A stretch of DNA of 64,000 nt from Patescibacteria group bacterium (GTDB taxonomy: Bacteria; Patescibacteriota; Patescibacteriia; JAQUQO01), in the NCBI GenBank assembly GCA_028716045.1, contig JAQUQO010000001.1:528897-592896 (forward strand), read 5' to 3'. Position numbers and translations under genes: made by a program. Shown in pieces: positions 1 through 10,145 of the stretch; position 1 is the first letter of the stretch, and every line of letters starts with the position of its first letter. Under the pieces are notes generated by a model. It was not told where the DNA came from. It was given only the letters and a program-made list of their open reading frames with translations, and made no database searches.

Positions 1-171
1 AAGACCGCCGACAAAAGTTGCTTTTTTGAGCCGCAAGAATTAAAAAATATATTTTCTGATTTTAATATCATTTTTTATGAAGAAAAGTCTACGACAGACG
101 AAGGGCATCCAGGAAATCCCGAACCGCATACGCACGATGTTGTTAAAATAATAGCAAGAAAAATAAAATAG
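1..171 (+). CDS. 3' end of a probable class I SAM-dependent methyltransferase (TehB-like), partial
   Basis: Frame 1 is open from the window edge: ...CFFEPQELKNIFSDFNIIFYEE...HPGNPEPHTHDVVKIIARKIK*, resembling TehB-like C-termini. Not in the ORF track. Confidence 0.55.
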   Translation, partial: KTADKSCFFEPQELKNIFSDFNIIFYEEKSTTDEGHPGNPEPHTHDVVKIIARKIK

Positions 172-225
172 CCCACAATAATATCTTTAATAGAGACGCA
201 TTGTCATGCGTCTCTACGGGGGAAC

Positions 226-400
226 AAAATCAAAACACCCTTTGATAAAAGGGCGTTTTTTATTTAAAAAATTTTTTGTAGAAACAATTCGGGCATTTGG
301 TAGAGACGGGTTTAAAACCCGTCTCTACGGGGATACCAGGGGACGATAAAAGGATTGATGATATTGCATGGTAGAGACCCCGCCGCAGCGGAATCTCTAT
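226..400. repeat. Terminator plus GTAG-REP block, copy 1 of a direct repeat flanking the 703-3744 gene
   Basis: AAAACACCC..GGGCGTTTTTT hairpin, then GTAGAGACGGGTTTAAAACCCGTCTCTAC (300-328) and a degenerate GTAGAGACCCCGCC..TCTCTAT. Nearly identical to 3790-3974. Another REP lies at 191-217. Confidence 0.85.
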
Positions 401-529
401 GGGGGAATACCCCGCATTTGTAAGGTATTTCTCGGATTTATTAAGCCCATATCTTGAAAATTGATAAAATGATAAAATAATAGTGGAAATGCGGTATTAT
501 TGTTTTGTATTATGTGTTGTAAGCTAATC

Positions 530-558
530 TTGACAAAATAGCTAAAATGTGCTATATT
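530..558 (+). promoter_or_regulatory. Sigma70-type promoter
   Basis: TTGACA (530-535), 17 bp spacer, TATATT (553-558) with extended TG. Confidence 0.75.
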
Positions 559-592
559 TAATAGTTAAAAAGAGTATATTTTAACCCCTTTA

Positions 593-659
593 AATAGTCT
601 CTTTACCTCACTTTAGCGGGCCAAACACGAGTTGACTAAAGTCGGGTAAGCAGATTATT
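593..659 (+). promoter_or_regulatory. Long 5'-UTR hairpin, function unknown
   Basis: AATAGTCT/AGATTATT, TTACC/GGTAA and ACTTTAG/CTAAAGT stack into one interrupted stem between the promoter and the SD. Confidence 0.5.
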
Positions 660-702
660 CTGCTGTTTGAAAACAAAAAAATTAATTTACAAGGAGATAA
701 AG

Positions 703-3700
703 ATGAAAAGGATGAAAAGTAATTTTTGGTTGATTTTGGTGTTGCTCGCGCCCTTGGGCTGCGGCAACGGAGAAAAGAGATCCTTCGCTGACGCTCAGGA
801 TGACAATGAGGGTGTCAGTGATGGTGGCGATGTTAACAACAATGACGACGATGACCCTTCGACAGACTCAGGGTCTGATGACGATGCTGGTGTTGAGCCG
901 TCAGACGGCGACGTCCCGATAGATGTCGGGGATGACGATGACGACACGACTTGCGTTCCGAGCAAAGAAATTTGCGACGGAAAGGACAATGACTGCGACG
1001 GCGATACTGACGAAGATTCGGCTTTGGAAATGGGATGTGACAACGACATTTTCTGCGACGGCGTTGAACAATGCCTTGGCGGATTTTGTGTCGTAGAAAT
1101 TGAACCCGAAGATTGCGCTCCTCTTTCGGACGAATGCAATGACGGCGTGTGCGATGAAGCCACCCGCGGTTGCCAAGCGGTTCCCAAAGAAAACGGGACA
1201 CTCTGCAACGCGGATTCTGATGGTTGCACCGAAAACGACTATTGCCAAGACGGTGATTGTCTATCCGGCAAAGCAGTGGATTGTTCGGGAGCGGTACCGG
1301 AAGAAGAAAAGCAATGCAACATCGGTGTCTGCTATTCTGCCGGAAACAATGAGTATGCTTGCGGCAAAGAATCTTTGCCCAACGAAACTCGTTGCGACGC
1401 GGATGGTGACGGCTGTACGGTCGGCGACACCTGCCAAGCCGGTGTCTGCGAAAAAGGACCGGCTCCGGATTGTTCCGAAGCTACGGATGCCTGCAACGCC
1501 GGAACTTGTTTCTCCGCTGGCTCGGAAACATATGAATGCGTTCCGACCCCCATGGAAGACCAAACTCCCTGCGACGCGGATGGTGACGGCTGCACAGTCG
1601 GCGACACCTGCCAAGCGGGAATTTGCGAGAAGGGTTTGCCGGCAGATTGCTCGGGTGTAAATACCCAATGCAAAACCGGTATCTGTATTTCCCAAGGTCA
1701 GGACAAATTCGTCTGCTCCTCTACGTCCAAGAACAACGGCGCGGCCTGTTTGGATAACGACGGCTGCACAGTCGGCGACAACTGCCAAGCGGGAATTTGC
1801 GTGGCGGGAACACCGGCTGACTGCTCGACGTTCACCAATCAGTGCAATGACGGCGTTTGCGAGGAAACGGCTGACCACGTTAACTTTAATTGCGTGGCTC
1901 AATCTAAACCCAACAACACCGCTTGCAATGCGGACTCTAACGGCTGTACAGTCGGCGACACCTGCCAAAACGGGAGTTGCCAAGCCGGAGCGAGCCGCGA
2001 TTGTTCCAAAAAGACCGACGATTGCAATCGCGGTATCTGTGTAGAGGACAGTTCAACTTCATCACACTGCGCGGCTAAGCCGAGGTCTAATGGAACTTCC
2101 TGTGAAGACGGCCAATACTGCACGGTCGGCGATTCCTGCCAAGACGGCGACTGCCAAGCCGGACCGGTGAAGGATTGCTCTCCTCTTTCGGACGAATGCA
2201 ACAACGGAGTGTGCGATGAAACGGCTGACAGTTGTGAAAAGTCGCCGATTAACGAAGGCGGCCTTTGCAATGACGGCGAGATTTGCACCACGACTTCTAC
2301 CTGCCAAAGCGGCGAGTGCAAGGGCGTAGATGACAAAGATGCCGATACTGACACTTTTATTGACAAGGATTGCGGCGGAACGGATTGCGACGACGGCGAC
2401 AACGGGATTTATCCCGGAGCGCTGGACACGGTGGGCGACGGCATTGACCAGAATTGCGACGGCCGAGACGGAGTGGACGCTGACAGCGATACTTATGCGA
2501 GTATCGCTTCCGGCGGAACGGATTGCGATGATGGCAACAACAGTATCCACCCTAACGCAGACGACAATGACACCGACGCGGTTGATGAAAACTGCGACGG
2601 CAAATTTGGCGGCGCGCTGGCGGGCGATGTTGATGCCGACGACTACGCGGCTTTGGGCACAGATGGAGTGACGGTGGTGGACTGCGATGATGATGAAGCT
2701 CTTGCCTATCCTAACAACCCGACCGATAAACTGGACAGTATTGACAACGACTGCGACGGCTGGGATGGGAAAAGTGAAAGCATAAGAGACATCGGCAGAA
2801 CCTACCTACAAATTTCCCTTGACTCCCAAGAAAAAATATGGATACTTGGCGGAAAATGGTTAAGCAACAACAAAGACGGAAATTGGGAAAATGAACAATG
2901 GAATCTAAATATGGCCAGTGATACAGATATGGCCCTTGACTCCTCTGACAACATCCATATTTCCTACCGTTGCGAGCAAGGGCTTTGCTACGCCAAAAGA
3001 GCGCCTGACGAAAGTTTGGAAACCACTATCATTGATAACGACGATCCGCAAACCGGTAAATCTACTTCCATCGCCCTAGACGACGACGGTTATCCACGGA
3101 TTTCTTACCGCGGATATAATGGCGACTTGCGGGAAGCGCGGTGGAACGGGGCAAACTGGGAAATACAAGTGGTACATGCCATTACAGACCTTGATAGAGG
3201 CACATCGCTTGTGATACAGAACAACTTAAGTCGTATTTCATACGAGAGAGTTGGCGCAACAGATGGATTGTGGTTGGCGGAAGAACAAAGTGATAGCAGT
3301 TGGGTTAAAAATAAAATTGACATCACTTATTCTGGTCTTTGGAGTTCAATGGCAGCGGATTCCGGCGGAAAACTCCATATTTCTTCCGGCTATTTCACGG
3401 CTAGCGGTTGGTCTCTTCGTATAACCACCAACGCCAGCGGGGATTGGGCGGGCGAACACGTTGATTTCAATGCCGATTATCCTCGCGGCTGGGCAACCTC
3501 AATGGCCGTGGATTCTAATGGGAAAAGACATGTGTTGTATCTCGCATTCGAAGAGCATAGGGTAATCTATGCTACCGACAAATCCGGAAGTTGGGTCTTA
3601 AGCGTCATCGGAGAATACAAAGATGGTGAAGAAGCTAATTTCATTACAGCCATAACGATTAACTCCGGTAACGAAATCCACGCCGTCTATTTCGGCGACA

Positions 3701-3744
3701 CAGCCCTTGGCGGCCCCTGCGACGGCCTGTGCTATGTGAAGTAA
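703..3744 (+). CDS. Large Cys/Asp-rich lipoprotein with putative metal-binding-motif (MopE-like) repeats and a C-terminal beta-propeller-like domain
   Basis: SD AAGGAG at 691-696 before ATG 703; lipobox LAPLGC; repeats CDADGDGCTVGDTCQAGxC and DCDD..PGA..DxNCDG; C-terminal SxAxDSxGxxHISY blades. Confidence 0.8.
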   Translation: MKRMKSNFWLILVLLAPLGCGNGEKRSFADAQDDNEGVSDGGDVNNNDDDDPSTDSGSDDDAGVEPSDGDVPIDVGDDDDDTTCVPSKEICDGKDNDCDGDTDEDSALEMGCDNDIFCDGVEQCLGGFCVVEIEPEDCAPLSDECNDGVCDEATRGCQAVPKENGTLCNADSDGCTENDYCQDGDCLSGKAVDCSGAVPEEEKQCNIGVCYSAGNNEYACGKESLPNETRCDADGDGCTVGDTCQAGVCEKGPAPDCSEATDACNAGTCFSAGSETYECVPTPMEDQTPCDADGDGCTVGDTCQAGICEKGLPADCSGVNTQCKTGICISQGQDKFVCSSTSKNNGAACLDNDGCTVGDNCQAGICVAGTPADCSTFTNQCNDGVCEETADHVNFNCVAQSKPNNTACNADSNGCTVGDTCQNGSCQAGASRDCSKKTDDCNRGICVEDSSTSSHCAAKPRSNGTSCEDGQYCTVGDSCQDGDCQAGPVKDCSPLSDECNNGVCDETADSCEKSPINEGGLCNDGEICTTTSTCQSGECKGVDDKDADTDTFIDKDCGGTDCDDGDNGIYPGALDTVGDGIDQNCDGRDGVDADSDTYASIASGGTDCDDGNNSIHPNADDNDTDAVDENCDGKFGGALAGDVDADDYAALGTDGVTVVDCDDDEALAYPNNPTDKLDSIDNDCDGWDGKSESIRDIGRTYLQISLDSQEKIWILGGKWLSNNKDGNWENEQWNLNMASDTDMALDSSDNIHISYRCEQGLCYAKRAPDESLETTIIDNDDPQTGKSTSIALDDDGYPRISYRGYNGDLREARWNGANWEIQVVHAITDLDRGTSLVIQNNLSRISYERVGATDGLWLAEEQSDSSWVKNKIDITYSGLWSSMAADSGGKLHISSGYFTASGWSLRITTNASGDWAGEHVDFNADYPRGWATSMAVDSNGKRHVLYLAFEEHRVIYATDKSGSWVLSVIGEYKDGEEANFITAITINSGNEIHAVYFGDTALGGPCDGLCYVK

Positions 3745-3787
3745 TCCCCTTTCTCTCCCTTTGAAAAAGGGAGGTAAGGAGGGATTT
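3743..3787. repeat. CCCTTTGAAAAAGGG-type palindromic repeat
   Basis: AATCCCCTT..CTCCCTTTGAAAAAGGGAG..GAGGGATTT; same family as 22457-22580. Confidence 0.6.
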
Positions 3788-3789
3788 AA

Positions 3790-3974
3790 AAAATCAAAAC
3801 ACCCCTGGGTAAAACTCGGGGTGTTTTTTTATTTGGGTTTTGATTTATACAGAAACAATTCAGGCATTTGGTAGAGACGGGTTTAAAACCCGTCTCTACG
3901 GGGATACCGGGGGACGATAAAAGGATTGATGATTCGCATTATGTAGAGACCCCGCCTTGTCGAGACGTCTCTAC
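3790..3974. repeat. Terminator plus GTAG-REP block, copy 2 of the direct repeat
   Basis: Core 3851-3932 matches 280-362 with about 2 mismatches; REP at 3871-3899 and 3943-3974. Confidence 0.85.
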
Positions 3975-6900
3975 GGACTGCAGGTCATCACATTATCAGT
4001 TATCTCGCAGTTTCTTTTTATACTATTGTTGGCATTGCTATTTGAATCCATGTCAAACATATTTACTACTCCATCATTATCTCCATCTGAACCGCCCAAT
4101 AACACATTAACACATTGGTTTTGCCCCTCTATATTAACACATTTCCCGCCGACAAATTTACAGTCTCCATCTAAAAGGCACATTTTCCTTTCGCCCTCTT
4201 CCTCATAAGCGATTCCCTTACAATAAGGGTCGTCCATATTTGCCAAACCATTACCATCGTTATCAAATTTTCCATCAATACAATTTAATGTTCCCTCAAA
4301 ACAAGTATCGTCGCAAATCCCTTCTACTGGGAAACCAGTGGCCATTTTAGCGCTAAAGCCCACATCGCCAAGAAAATCACAGCGATAAACATTCGCCAGA
4401 TATTGACCAGCGCCGCCTGACATCTGCCAGCAATATTTTGCTCTTGTTTTATCACTCCCTTCCTCTCCTCCTTTTGTCCAAGTATTTCTGTGGACAAATA
4501 TCGGCTTTTGCGGAATCCCAATATCATCGCCATTAACCTTACATTCTTTCAAAAGCCAAAATGCTTCTTCATTTATTGAATCACCCGGCTGGACCGTGTA
4601 TTCCAAATTAGCTTTACCGTCTTCTTCTACACTACCGGAAACCAAGATGTTAGTTGTGCCCATACAAGATTCCCCTGTGGCGCAGTTATAATTGCCAAAA
4701 CAGATATTGCCAGAGATTTTCTCTCCGGTTTCTAACTCCTTCTCCGGACATCTCCCTGGAGTAATAACTTTACACTCCGCCATGCCCGAGGTGACTTTTA
4801 AATTCGCTAGTTTGACTGTAAAAGTATGCAAATGCGTGCCGGGCAAGGCCTGCCCGACATTCTCGCCGTCGCAATAAGCGTCGGTATTTTGGTAATCAGC
4901 ATAGCCATCGTCAACGCGCGCGCAATCCGTTCCACCACCTAAACAACACAACGGCTCAAAAATTCCTCCAGCCGGCGTCACGCGCACGGGCTCAAAACCA
5001 AAACTGGTTTTTATACCAACAAAACTACCAGCCACTGACGGCCCAAAATCAACCCAGCCAATATCCCACGGCGCCCATCCCCACCAGTAAAAATCTCCTT
5101 TGGAAATAAGAGGCTGTTCATTAATGGCAAAAGCCATTTTGGCGCCGTAAATCGGAGCGTCCAAATCCAGCGCCATCTTGCGCAAAGAAATCCAGCCCTC
5201 GCTGGCCGGATAAGCAATTACTTTCGCCCAGCCGCTGATATCGCCGATATTGGTATCGGCCTTGGCCGCAGCCGTCTGCGCTTCCGGAGTAGCGCCATAA
5301 TCAGCGCAGGTCGCGCCTACGCAAATCCAGCCCACGTTTTCGCTCCACATCCAGCCGGACAAAATTCCGTCCGCCGCGATTTTTACGCCATAAGCCGGAC
5401 CGGCGCAGGTATTGGTCGCCAAGTCGCAGTTATTAGCCGAAACCCAACCGACATTTTCGGACCACGCCCAGCCGTAAACATTGCCCTCGCAAGCGTCGCC
5501 CTGACCGTTGCCGTTGGAATCAATTTGTCTTTCCTGCCAGACACGCGGACAATTGTCGCTGATATCCAAAACACCGTCATTATCATAATCGCTGGTACCC
5601 ACGACAAAAAATGAAAAATGATTGATATTAAGCTCACAGACCAAATTCTCATTAAAGCAAACGGCCAGGCTTTCTCTCTGCCAAGTTCCATTGTTGTTCC
5701 AATAAATATCCGCCGAGTTATTAGCCAAAGAATATGGCAAACGGATAGTAACCGCCGAGGAAAAATTATTATCTCCGCCCTTGTGGAATTCGTAAATCTT
5801 ACTCAAGGGTGTTATGCCTTGCGCTTCCAAATTCGCCGGAACAGTTGTTTCGTAAATAGTGACTGTCGTGGCGCTCGCCAAAGCCCCGCTTGGGATATTG
5901 GCTTGCGCTCCGCCGGTAGTGCTTACTGCCCCGCCGGAAATTCTTATAACCGCCGACGCGCTTTCCTCGCCTGCGCAGGAATTGTTAAAATCGCCCGGAC
6001 AGGAATCGCAAACATCGCCAGAAGCGTCGGCGTCGGAATTAAGCTGGTCCGGATTGTAATTAGCCGGGCAATTATCAATGGTGTTATCTCTTAAATCGCC
6101 GTCGGTATCTAAATCGCAAAAATCCCCGAGCCCGTCATTGTCCGCGTCAGCTTGGTCGGGATTGGCGTTAAGTGGGCAGTTATCATTATTATTCAAAACG
6201 CCGTCATTGTCTTTATCAGTATCGCAGGCGTCGCCGGTGCCGTCGCTGTCATTATCAATCTGGTCAGGGTTATAAATATAGGGACAATTGTCAGCTGTGT
6301 TTAAACGGCCGTCGCTATCCCAGTCGGTGTCGCAAACATCGCCCTGACCATCATTGTCCGCGTCAGCTTGGTCGGGATTGGCAACGCTGGGGCAGTTGTC
6401 GCAGACGTCGCCATTACCATCGCCGTCAACATCAAGCTGATTGGCATTGGCGACAGCCGGGCAGTTGTCTCCGTTATCATCCACTCCGTCATTATCAGTA
6501 TCAGCAACTTCGCAGACATTACCAATACCATCGCCATCGGTATCGGCCTGGTCGGGGTTGGCGACTGAAGCGCAATTATCACAATTATTGCCAACACCGT
6601 CGCCATCGGCATCTTCCTGATTGGCGTTGGGATAATTGGGACAGTTATCGCAGACACTACCTCGGCCATCATTGTCCGCGTCAGCTTGGTCGGGATTGGC
6701 AATGCTGGGGCAGTTGTCGCAGGCGTCGCCGGTGCCGTCGCCGTCAACATCAAGTTGATTGGCATTGGCAACAGCAGGGCAGTTGTCTAAACTATCAGCC
6801 ACGCCATCACCATCCACATCTAAATAGTAGACCTCTATTTCATTCAAATAAGCGTAAGTTCCCGAATCCAAATCCGTCACTTTAAAATATCTGGCATTAA

Positions 6901-7498
6901 CCACGGAAGTAAAATAAATCTCTTTCAAACCGCCCGCCGGCACTTGGCCGCCGGAGTTCGGAGAAGGAACCAATTGCCAGTCGCCATCCCACCCGTCCGT
7001 GGTGTTCAACGAATACCATAATTTAAAAGCGGTGTATAAGTTATAAGTGTTTCTTAAAATAATTTTATTCACGGGACGCGCTTGCGGCATCTTCACAACC
7101 ACGATTGCCGGTTCATTCGCCTCCCGCCAGTAATCATTGACATTGTTAGCAATGGCTCCGTCAATAAGATTGCCGGGAGCGTAAGAAACGGCACCGGCGG
7201 GTCCGCTCCAACCAATAACGGTACCGCCCGCCTTTTTAACGTTCACCATCGTGCCGTCGGTGGTAAAATCGTATTTAACAAAAGAATCAGCTGTCTGCGC
7301 TTCCGCTTGGCCGATACCAAAAAACCCCCACACATTTTGCCAATACAAAATTGAAAGCAGGGGTAGAATTAAAATCAGGGCAAAAAGAAAACTGTAAAAA
7401 ATTTTCTTCCCCGCCTGAAACGGCGCCGGCTTAATCCCGAATAATCGGGACTGCCAAATCACCCTTTTGAGTAAAGAAAAAATCCACTTTTTATGCAT
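3971..7498 (-). CDS. Large surface protein with thrombospondin type-3 Ca-binding repeats
   Basis: N-terminal TM segment; discoidin-like domain; many DxDGDGxGDxCDNCP..NPDQ repeats; ZU5-like segment; GWAWSENVGW/GWMWSENVGW motifs; Cys-rich C-terminus. Confidence 0.85.
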   Translation of the reverse strand: MHKKWIFSLLKRVIWQSRLFGIKPAPFQAGKKIFYSFLFALILILPLLSILYWQNVWGFFGIGQAEAQTADSFVKYDFTTDGTMVNVKKAGGTVIGWSGPAGAVSYAPGNLIDGAIANNVNDYWREANEPAIVVVKMPQARPVNKIILRNTYNLYTAFKLWYSLNTTDGWDGDWQLVPSPNSGGQVPAGGLKEIYFTSVVNARYFKVTDLDSGTYAYLNEIEVYYLDVDGDGVADSLDNCPAVANANQLDVDGDGTGDACDNCPSIANPDQADADNDGRGSVCDNCPNYPNANQEDADGDGVGNNCDNCASVANPDQADTDGDGIGNVCEVADTDNDGVDDNGDNCPAVANANQLDVDGDGNGDVCDNCPSVANPDQADADNDGQGDVCDTDWDSDGRLNTADNCPYIYNPDQIDNDSDGTGDACDTDKDNDGVLNNNDNCPLNANPDQADADNDGLGDFCDLDTDGDLRDNTIDNCPANYNPDQLNSDADASGDVCDSCPGDFNNSCAGEESASAVIRISGGAVSTTGGAQANIPSGALASATTVTIYETTVPANLEAQGITPLSKIYEFHKGGDNNFSSAVTIRLPYSLANNSADIYWNNNGTWQRESLAVCFNENLVCELNINHFSFFVVGTSDYDNDGVLDISDNCPRVWQERQIDSNGNGQGDACEGNVYGWAWSENVGWVSANNCDLATNTCAGPAYGVKIAADGILSGWMWSENVGWICVGATCADYGATPEAQTAAAKADTNIGDISGWAKVIAYPASEGWISLRKMALDLDAPIYGAKMAFAINEQPLISKGDFYWWGWAPWDIGWVDFGPSVAGSFVGIKTSFGFEPVRVTPAGGIFEPLCCLGGGTDCARVDDGYADYQNTDAYCDGENVGQALPGTHLHTFTVKLANLKVTSGMAECKVITPGRCPEKELETGEKISGNICFGNYNCATGESCMGTTNILVSGSVEEDGKANLEYTVQPGDSINEEAFWLLKECKVNGDDIGIPQKPIFVHRNTWTKGGEEGSDKTRAKYCWQMSGGAGQYLANVYRCDFLGDVGFSAKMATGFPVEGICDDTCFEGTLNCIDGKFDNDGNGLANMDDPYCKGIAYEEEGERKMCLLDGDCKFVGGKCVNIEGQNQCVNVLLGGSDGDNDGVVNMFDMDSNSNANNSIKRNCEITDNVMTCSP

Positions 7499-7609
7499 AA
7501 TAAAAAATTAGTTTCTACTGTGGATATTATAGCATAAAACACGAAAACATAAAAACATGAAAACAAAAGGGTCTAAAAACAATAAACATTAAAAACCGCT
7601 AAAACTAAT

Positions 7610-7643
7610 AAAAAACCAGCTCCCGAGTTTGGGGGCTGGTTTG
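7610..7643 (-). terminator. Intrinsic terminator, duplicated at 10331-10365
   Basis: AAAAAACCAGCTCCCGAGTTTGGGGGCTGGTTT. Confidence 0.75.
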
Positions 7644-7668
7644 GATTAGTTTTAACGCTTTTATACCC

Positions 7669-10008
7669 TTAGGGTGATGCGCATTCCTCATAACACTTCT
7701 GAAAACAAATTCCAGTTCTGTCTTCCATCCCGGAGAACGAAACACAGGCAGTATTATTAGTGCAAGTATCTACCATACCAAGAATCATGCAAACGCCGTT
7801 ACGGTCGTCCGTATTACCTGGGGGGTCTTCACCCACTTGCCAACCGTCAGGCACACAAAATACCATATCGTTGCCACTACTATCTTGACCAAGTATTGAA
7901 CAGGTTTCATCTATCATACAACCGTTCAACCTTAAACGAGGCACTTCAATTTCACTAACTGGGCAAAAGCCAGTGCATATCGGCGTTTCGCCAGGGCCAA
8001 ACCAATTGACACACATCATATCATTGGAATTCTGATAACACGCATCATCCTCTATTGGATCTCCCTCTCCACAAACACCGTTTCTTTCGTTTTTTTCTCC
8101 TGGGTAGGTTGTACCGTCTCCGTTTATCAAATTCGGGTCAGTAGGATAACAAGCGCCGGCACCGCCGACATCAACGCATTTCTCGTTCTGAAGACATGAT
8201 TTCTCTTCAATCGAACCAATCCCCGCCGTATGGCATGAGAAATAATCATCAAAACAATAAGTAAAAAAACAATCTGCGTCCATTGAATTGTCGGGCAACA
8301 CACAGCCGTTTTCATTTGAACAAGTGCTCCATTTCTGTATGCAAGTCATGCAGTCGCCCGAGATGTTGTTTTGACATTCGGTGATGCAGTTATCCCTCTC
8401 TTGTATTTGTTCCTGGGTCAAATCTTCGTCTGCTTCGTTAATATATGGACAAGCTGCAATACATTCATCATATTCTTTACAAACAGGTTCTTCGGGATAT
8501 TCAAACGGTTGGATATTTGGATTATACACGCAATCCTCAGGAATTTCTTCGCATTCCCCGCCCTCGCAAAAAGTGAACTGCGGGCATTCATTAAAACATG
8601 ACCCGCAGTGCTCATCGGTAGAAGGCGCAGGAGAAACATCATCCATCCTCCCATCACAATCATTGTCTATCCAATCGCAAATCTCCACGCCATTGTTTGT
8701 AGGAACACACGAGTCGTCATCGTCATCTGTGATATCGTCATCATCATCTGCCGATTCGCAGACTACCTCTTCGCCGCAAACCCAATAGCCTTCCTCGCAC
8801 ATGCAGGTATTCCCTGTACCAGCCTCCGTCGCGCAACCGGCTTCATAGAAGCACATCGAATCGGCTTCCACCTCAGCATTATACTCCCGTATCATTTCGC
8901 ATTTTCCTTCGGGATAGGTGTCGATACAGACATCTCTATCTAAGGCGCAGGTGTCCATTATCACTGTCGGGTCGTAGCAATTATTGAAATCGTCTTGCCA
9001 CTTCATACAAGCAATTTGCTTGTTATAGCAATCAAGGCAATTACACATATCCGCGTCCGGCGTTGACTGGCTGCAGCCTAAAATGGCGTTGTAAATATCG
9101 TCATAGATTTCGCAGGATTTATACGTGCAGGGCCGGTCGGTATAAATTTCGTCTTTTTGGTTGCAGTTAAGCTTGCTAACGACTTCATCAGGGGTCTCAT
9201 CCCCTTTAGGCAGGCAGGTGGGTGGTCTTAATGAGGGGTCTTCGCACTCGACGGCCGAATCGTCATCATCCACATCATCATCCACATCATCATCGCCGGT
9301 GTCATCGTCGTCGGTAACGTCATCGGGAGGAGGACATTTGCCATCCCAATCCGGATTAATATCGTAAGAATTGCCACTATGCAGATACACTGGCACACTG
9401 TATCCTTCGCTTATGCGACAATTATAAGAAGTGGTCTCTTTAACCCAGCAAATAGCTTCATCATCATAACTATAGTTGCCCGGCACGCCAAAGTAATCCG
9501 GGCAGGAACTTAATTCTTCGTAGGGCGGTTCCGCGGACCACTTTCCGCCGATTAGTTCACAACACTGCCGGTCTATTTCATCATCAATATCCATCACCAT
9601 ATATAAATATTCAGCGGGCATATTAAAGACGGTAGCACAGCTGTCGCCTTCTTCGCATAAAAGGTCTCTGTTCTCACAGTTATATCCAGAGTCATCATCA
9701 TCTCCCCTCTCCAGACAAATCTCATCTTCATCACAGCTCTCATCAAGAGTCCAGGCATAACCGCCGCCATGGGCTTCCATGCATTCCAGAACTGCTGTCT
9801 GGTCCGGGGTGCAGGTTTCTACTTCTGGCACATAACACGACTCGCCGGGATTGGCAGAATCAAAATCTCCGACAGAAGAATCGTTATTATCATTGTCATC
9901 ATCATCTTCTTCTCCTGCTTCTCCTCCCCCGCCGCAGGCAACGAAAACGAGTATTGCCACTAGGGCCAGCGTCAACCAAAACAACCTCTTTACATTTCTT
10001 TCTAACAT
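7669..10008 (-). CDS. Cys-rich, Asp-rich secreted lipoprotein of unknown function
   Basis: SD GGAGG; lipobox FVAC; poly-Asp linkers; EICDWIDNDCDG metal-binding-like motif. Confidence 0.8.
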   Translation of the reverse strand: MLERNVKRLFWLTLALVAILVFVACGGGGEAGEEDDDDNDNNDSSVGDFDSANPGESCYVPEVETCTPDQTAVLECMEAHGGGYAWTLDESCDEDEICLERGDDDDSGYNCENRDLLCEEGDSCATVFNMPAEYLYMVMDIDDEIDRQCCELIGGKWSAEPPYEELSSCPDYFGVPGNYSYDDEAICWVKETTSYNCRISEGYSVPVYLHSGNSYDINPDWDGKCPPPDDVTDDDDTGDDDVDDDVDDDDSAVECEDPSLRPPTCLPKGDETPDEVVSKLNCNQKDEIYTDRPCTYKSCEIYDDIYNAILGCSQSTPDADMCNCLDCYNKQIACMKWQDDFNNCYDPTVIMDTCALDRDVCIDTYPEGKCEMIREYNAEVEADSMCFYEAGCATEAGTGNTCMCEEGYWVCGEEVVCESADDDDDITDDDDDSCVPTNNGVEICDWIDNDCDGRMDDVSPAPSTDEHCGSCFNECPQFTFCEGGECEEIPEDCVYNPNIQPFEYPEEPVCKEYDECIAACPYINEADEDLTQEQIQERDNCITECQNNISGDCMTCIQKWSTCSNENGCVLPDNSMDADCFFTYCFDDYFSCHTAGIGSIEEKSCLQNEKCVDVGGAGACYPTDPNLINGDGTTYPGEKNERNGVCGEGDPIEDDACYQNSNDMMCVNWFGPGETPICTGFCPVSEIEVPRLRLNGCMIDETCSILGQDSSGNDMVFCVPDGWQVGEDPPGNTDDRNGVCMILGMVDTCTNNTACVSFSGMEDRTGICFQKCYEECASP

Positions 10009-10107
10009 CTTTCCACCTCCATTTTTACGGTTTACAATTCTTTACCAACAAAATTTATTTTAACCAAAAATTACTTTTGGATTATCAAGGAACGCCAGTT
10101 TAGAATT

Positions 10108-10136
10108 AGTATAGAAAAAACATCAAAAAAGGTCAA
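10108..10136 (-). promoter_or_regulatory. Sigma70-type promoter for 7669-10008
   Basis: TTGACC-17bp-TATACT on the minus strand, followed by GTTCCTTGATAA. Confidence 0.65.
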
Positions 10137-10145
10137 GAGCTGAAA

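Noticed and set aside
593-659. SRP RNA or c-di-GMP riboswitch
   Set aside because: Lacks the SRP helix-8 GGAA/AGCAG motif and the GEMM consensus.
795-2671. Many overlapping ORFs in alternate frames (also across the mur, pyrG and rfb genes)
   Set aside because: Shadow ORFs caused by repetitive or biased codon usage of real genes.
3868-4208. Short + strand ORFs
   Set aside because: Translations of REP DNA and the antisense strand of the TSP3 gene.
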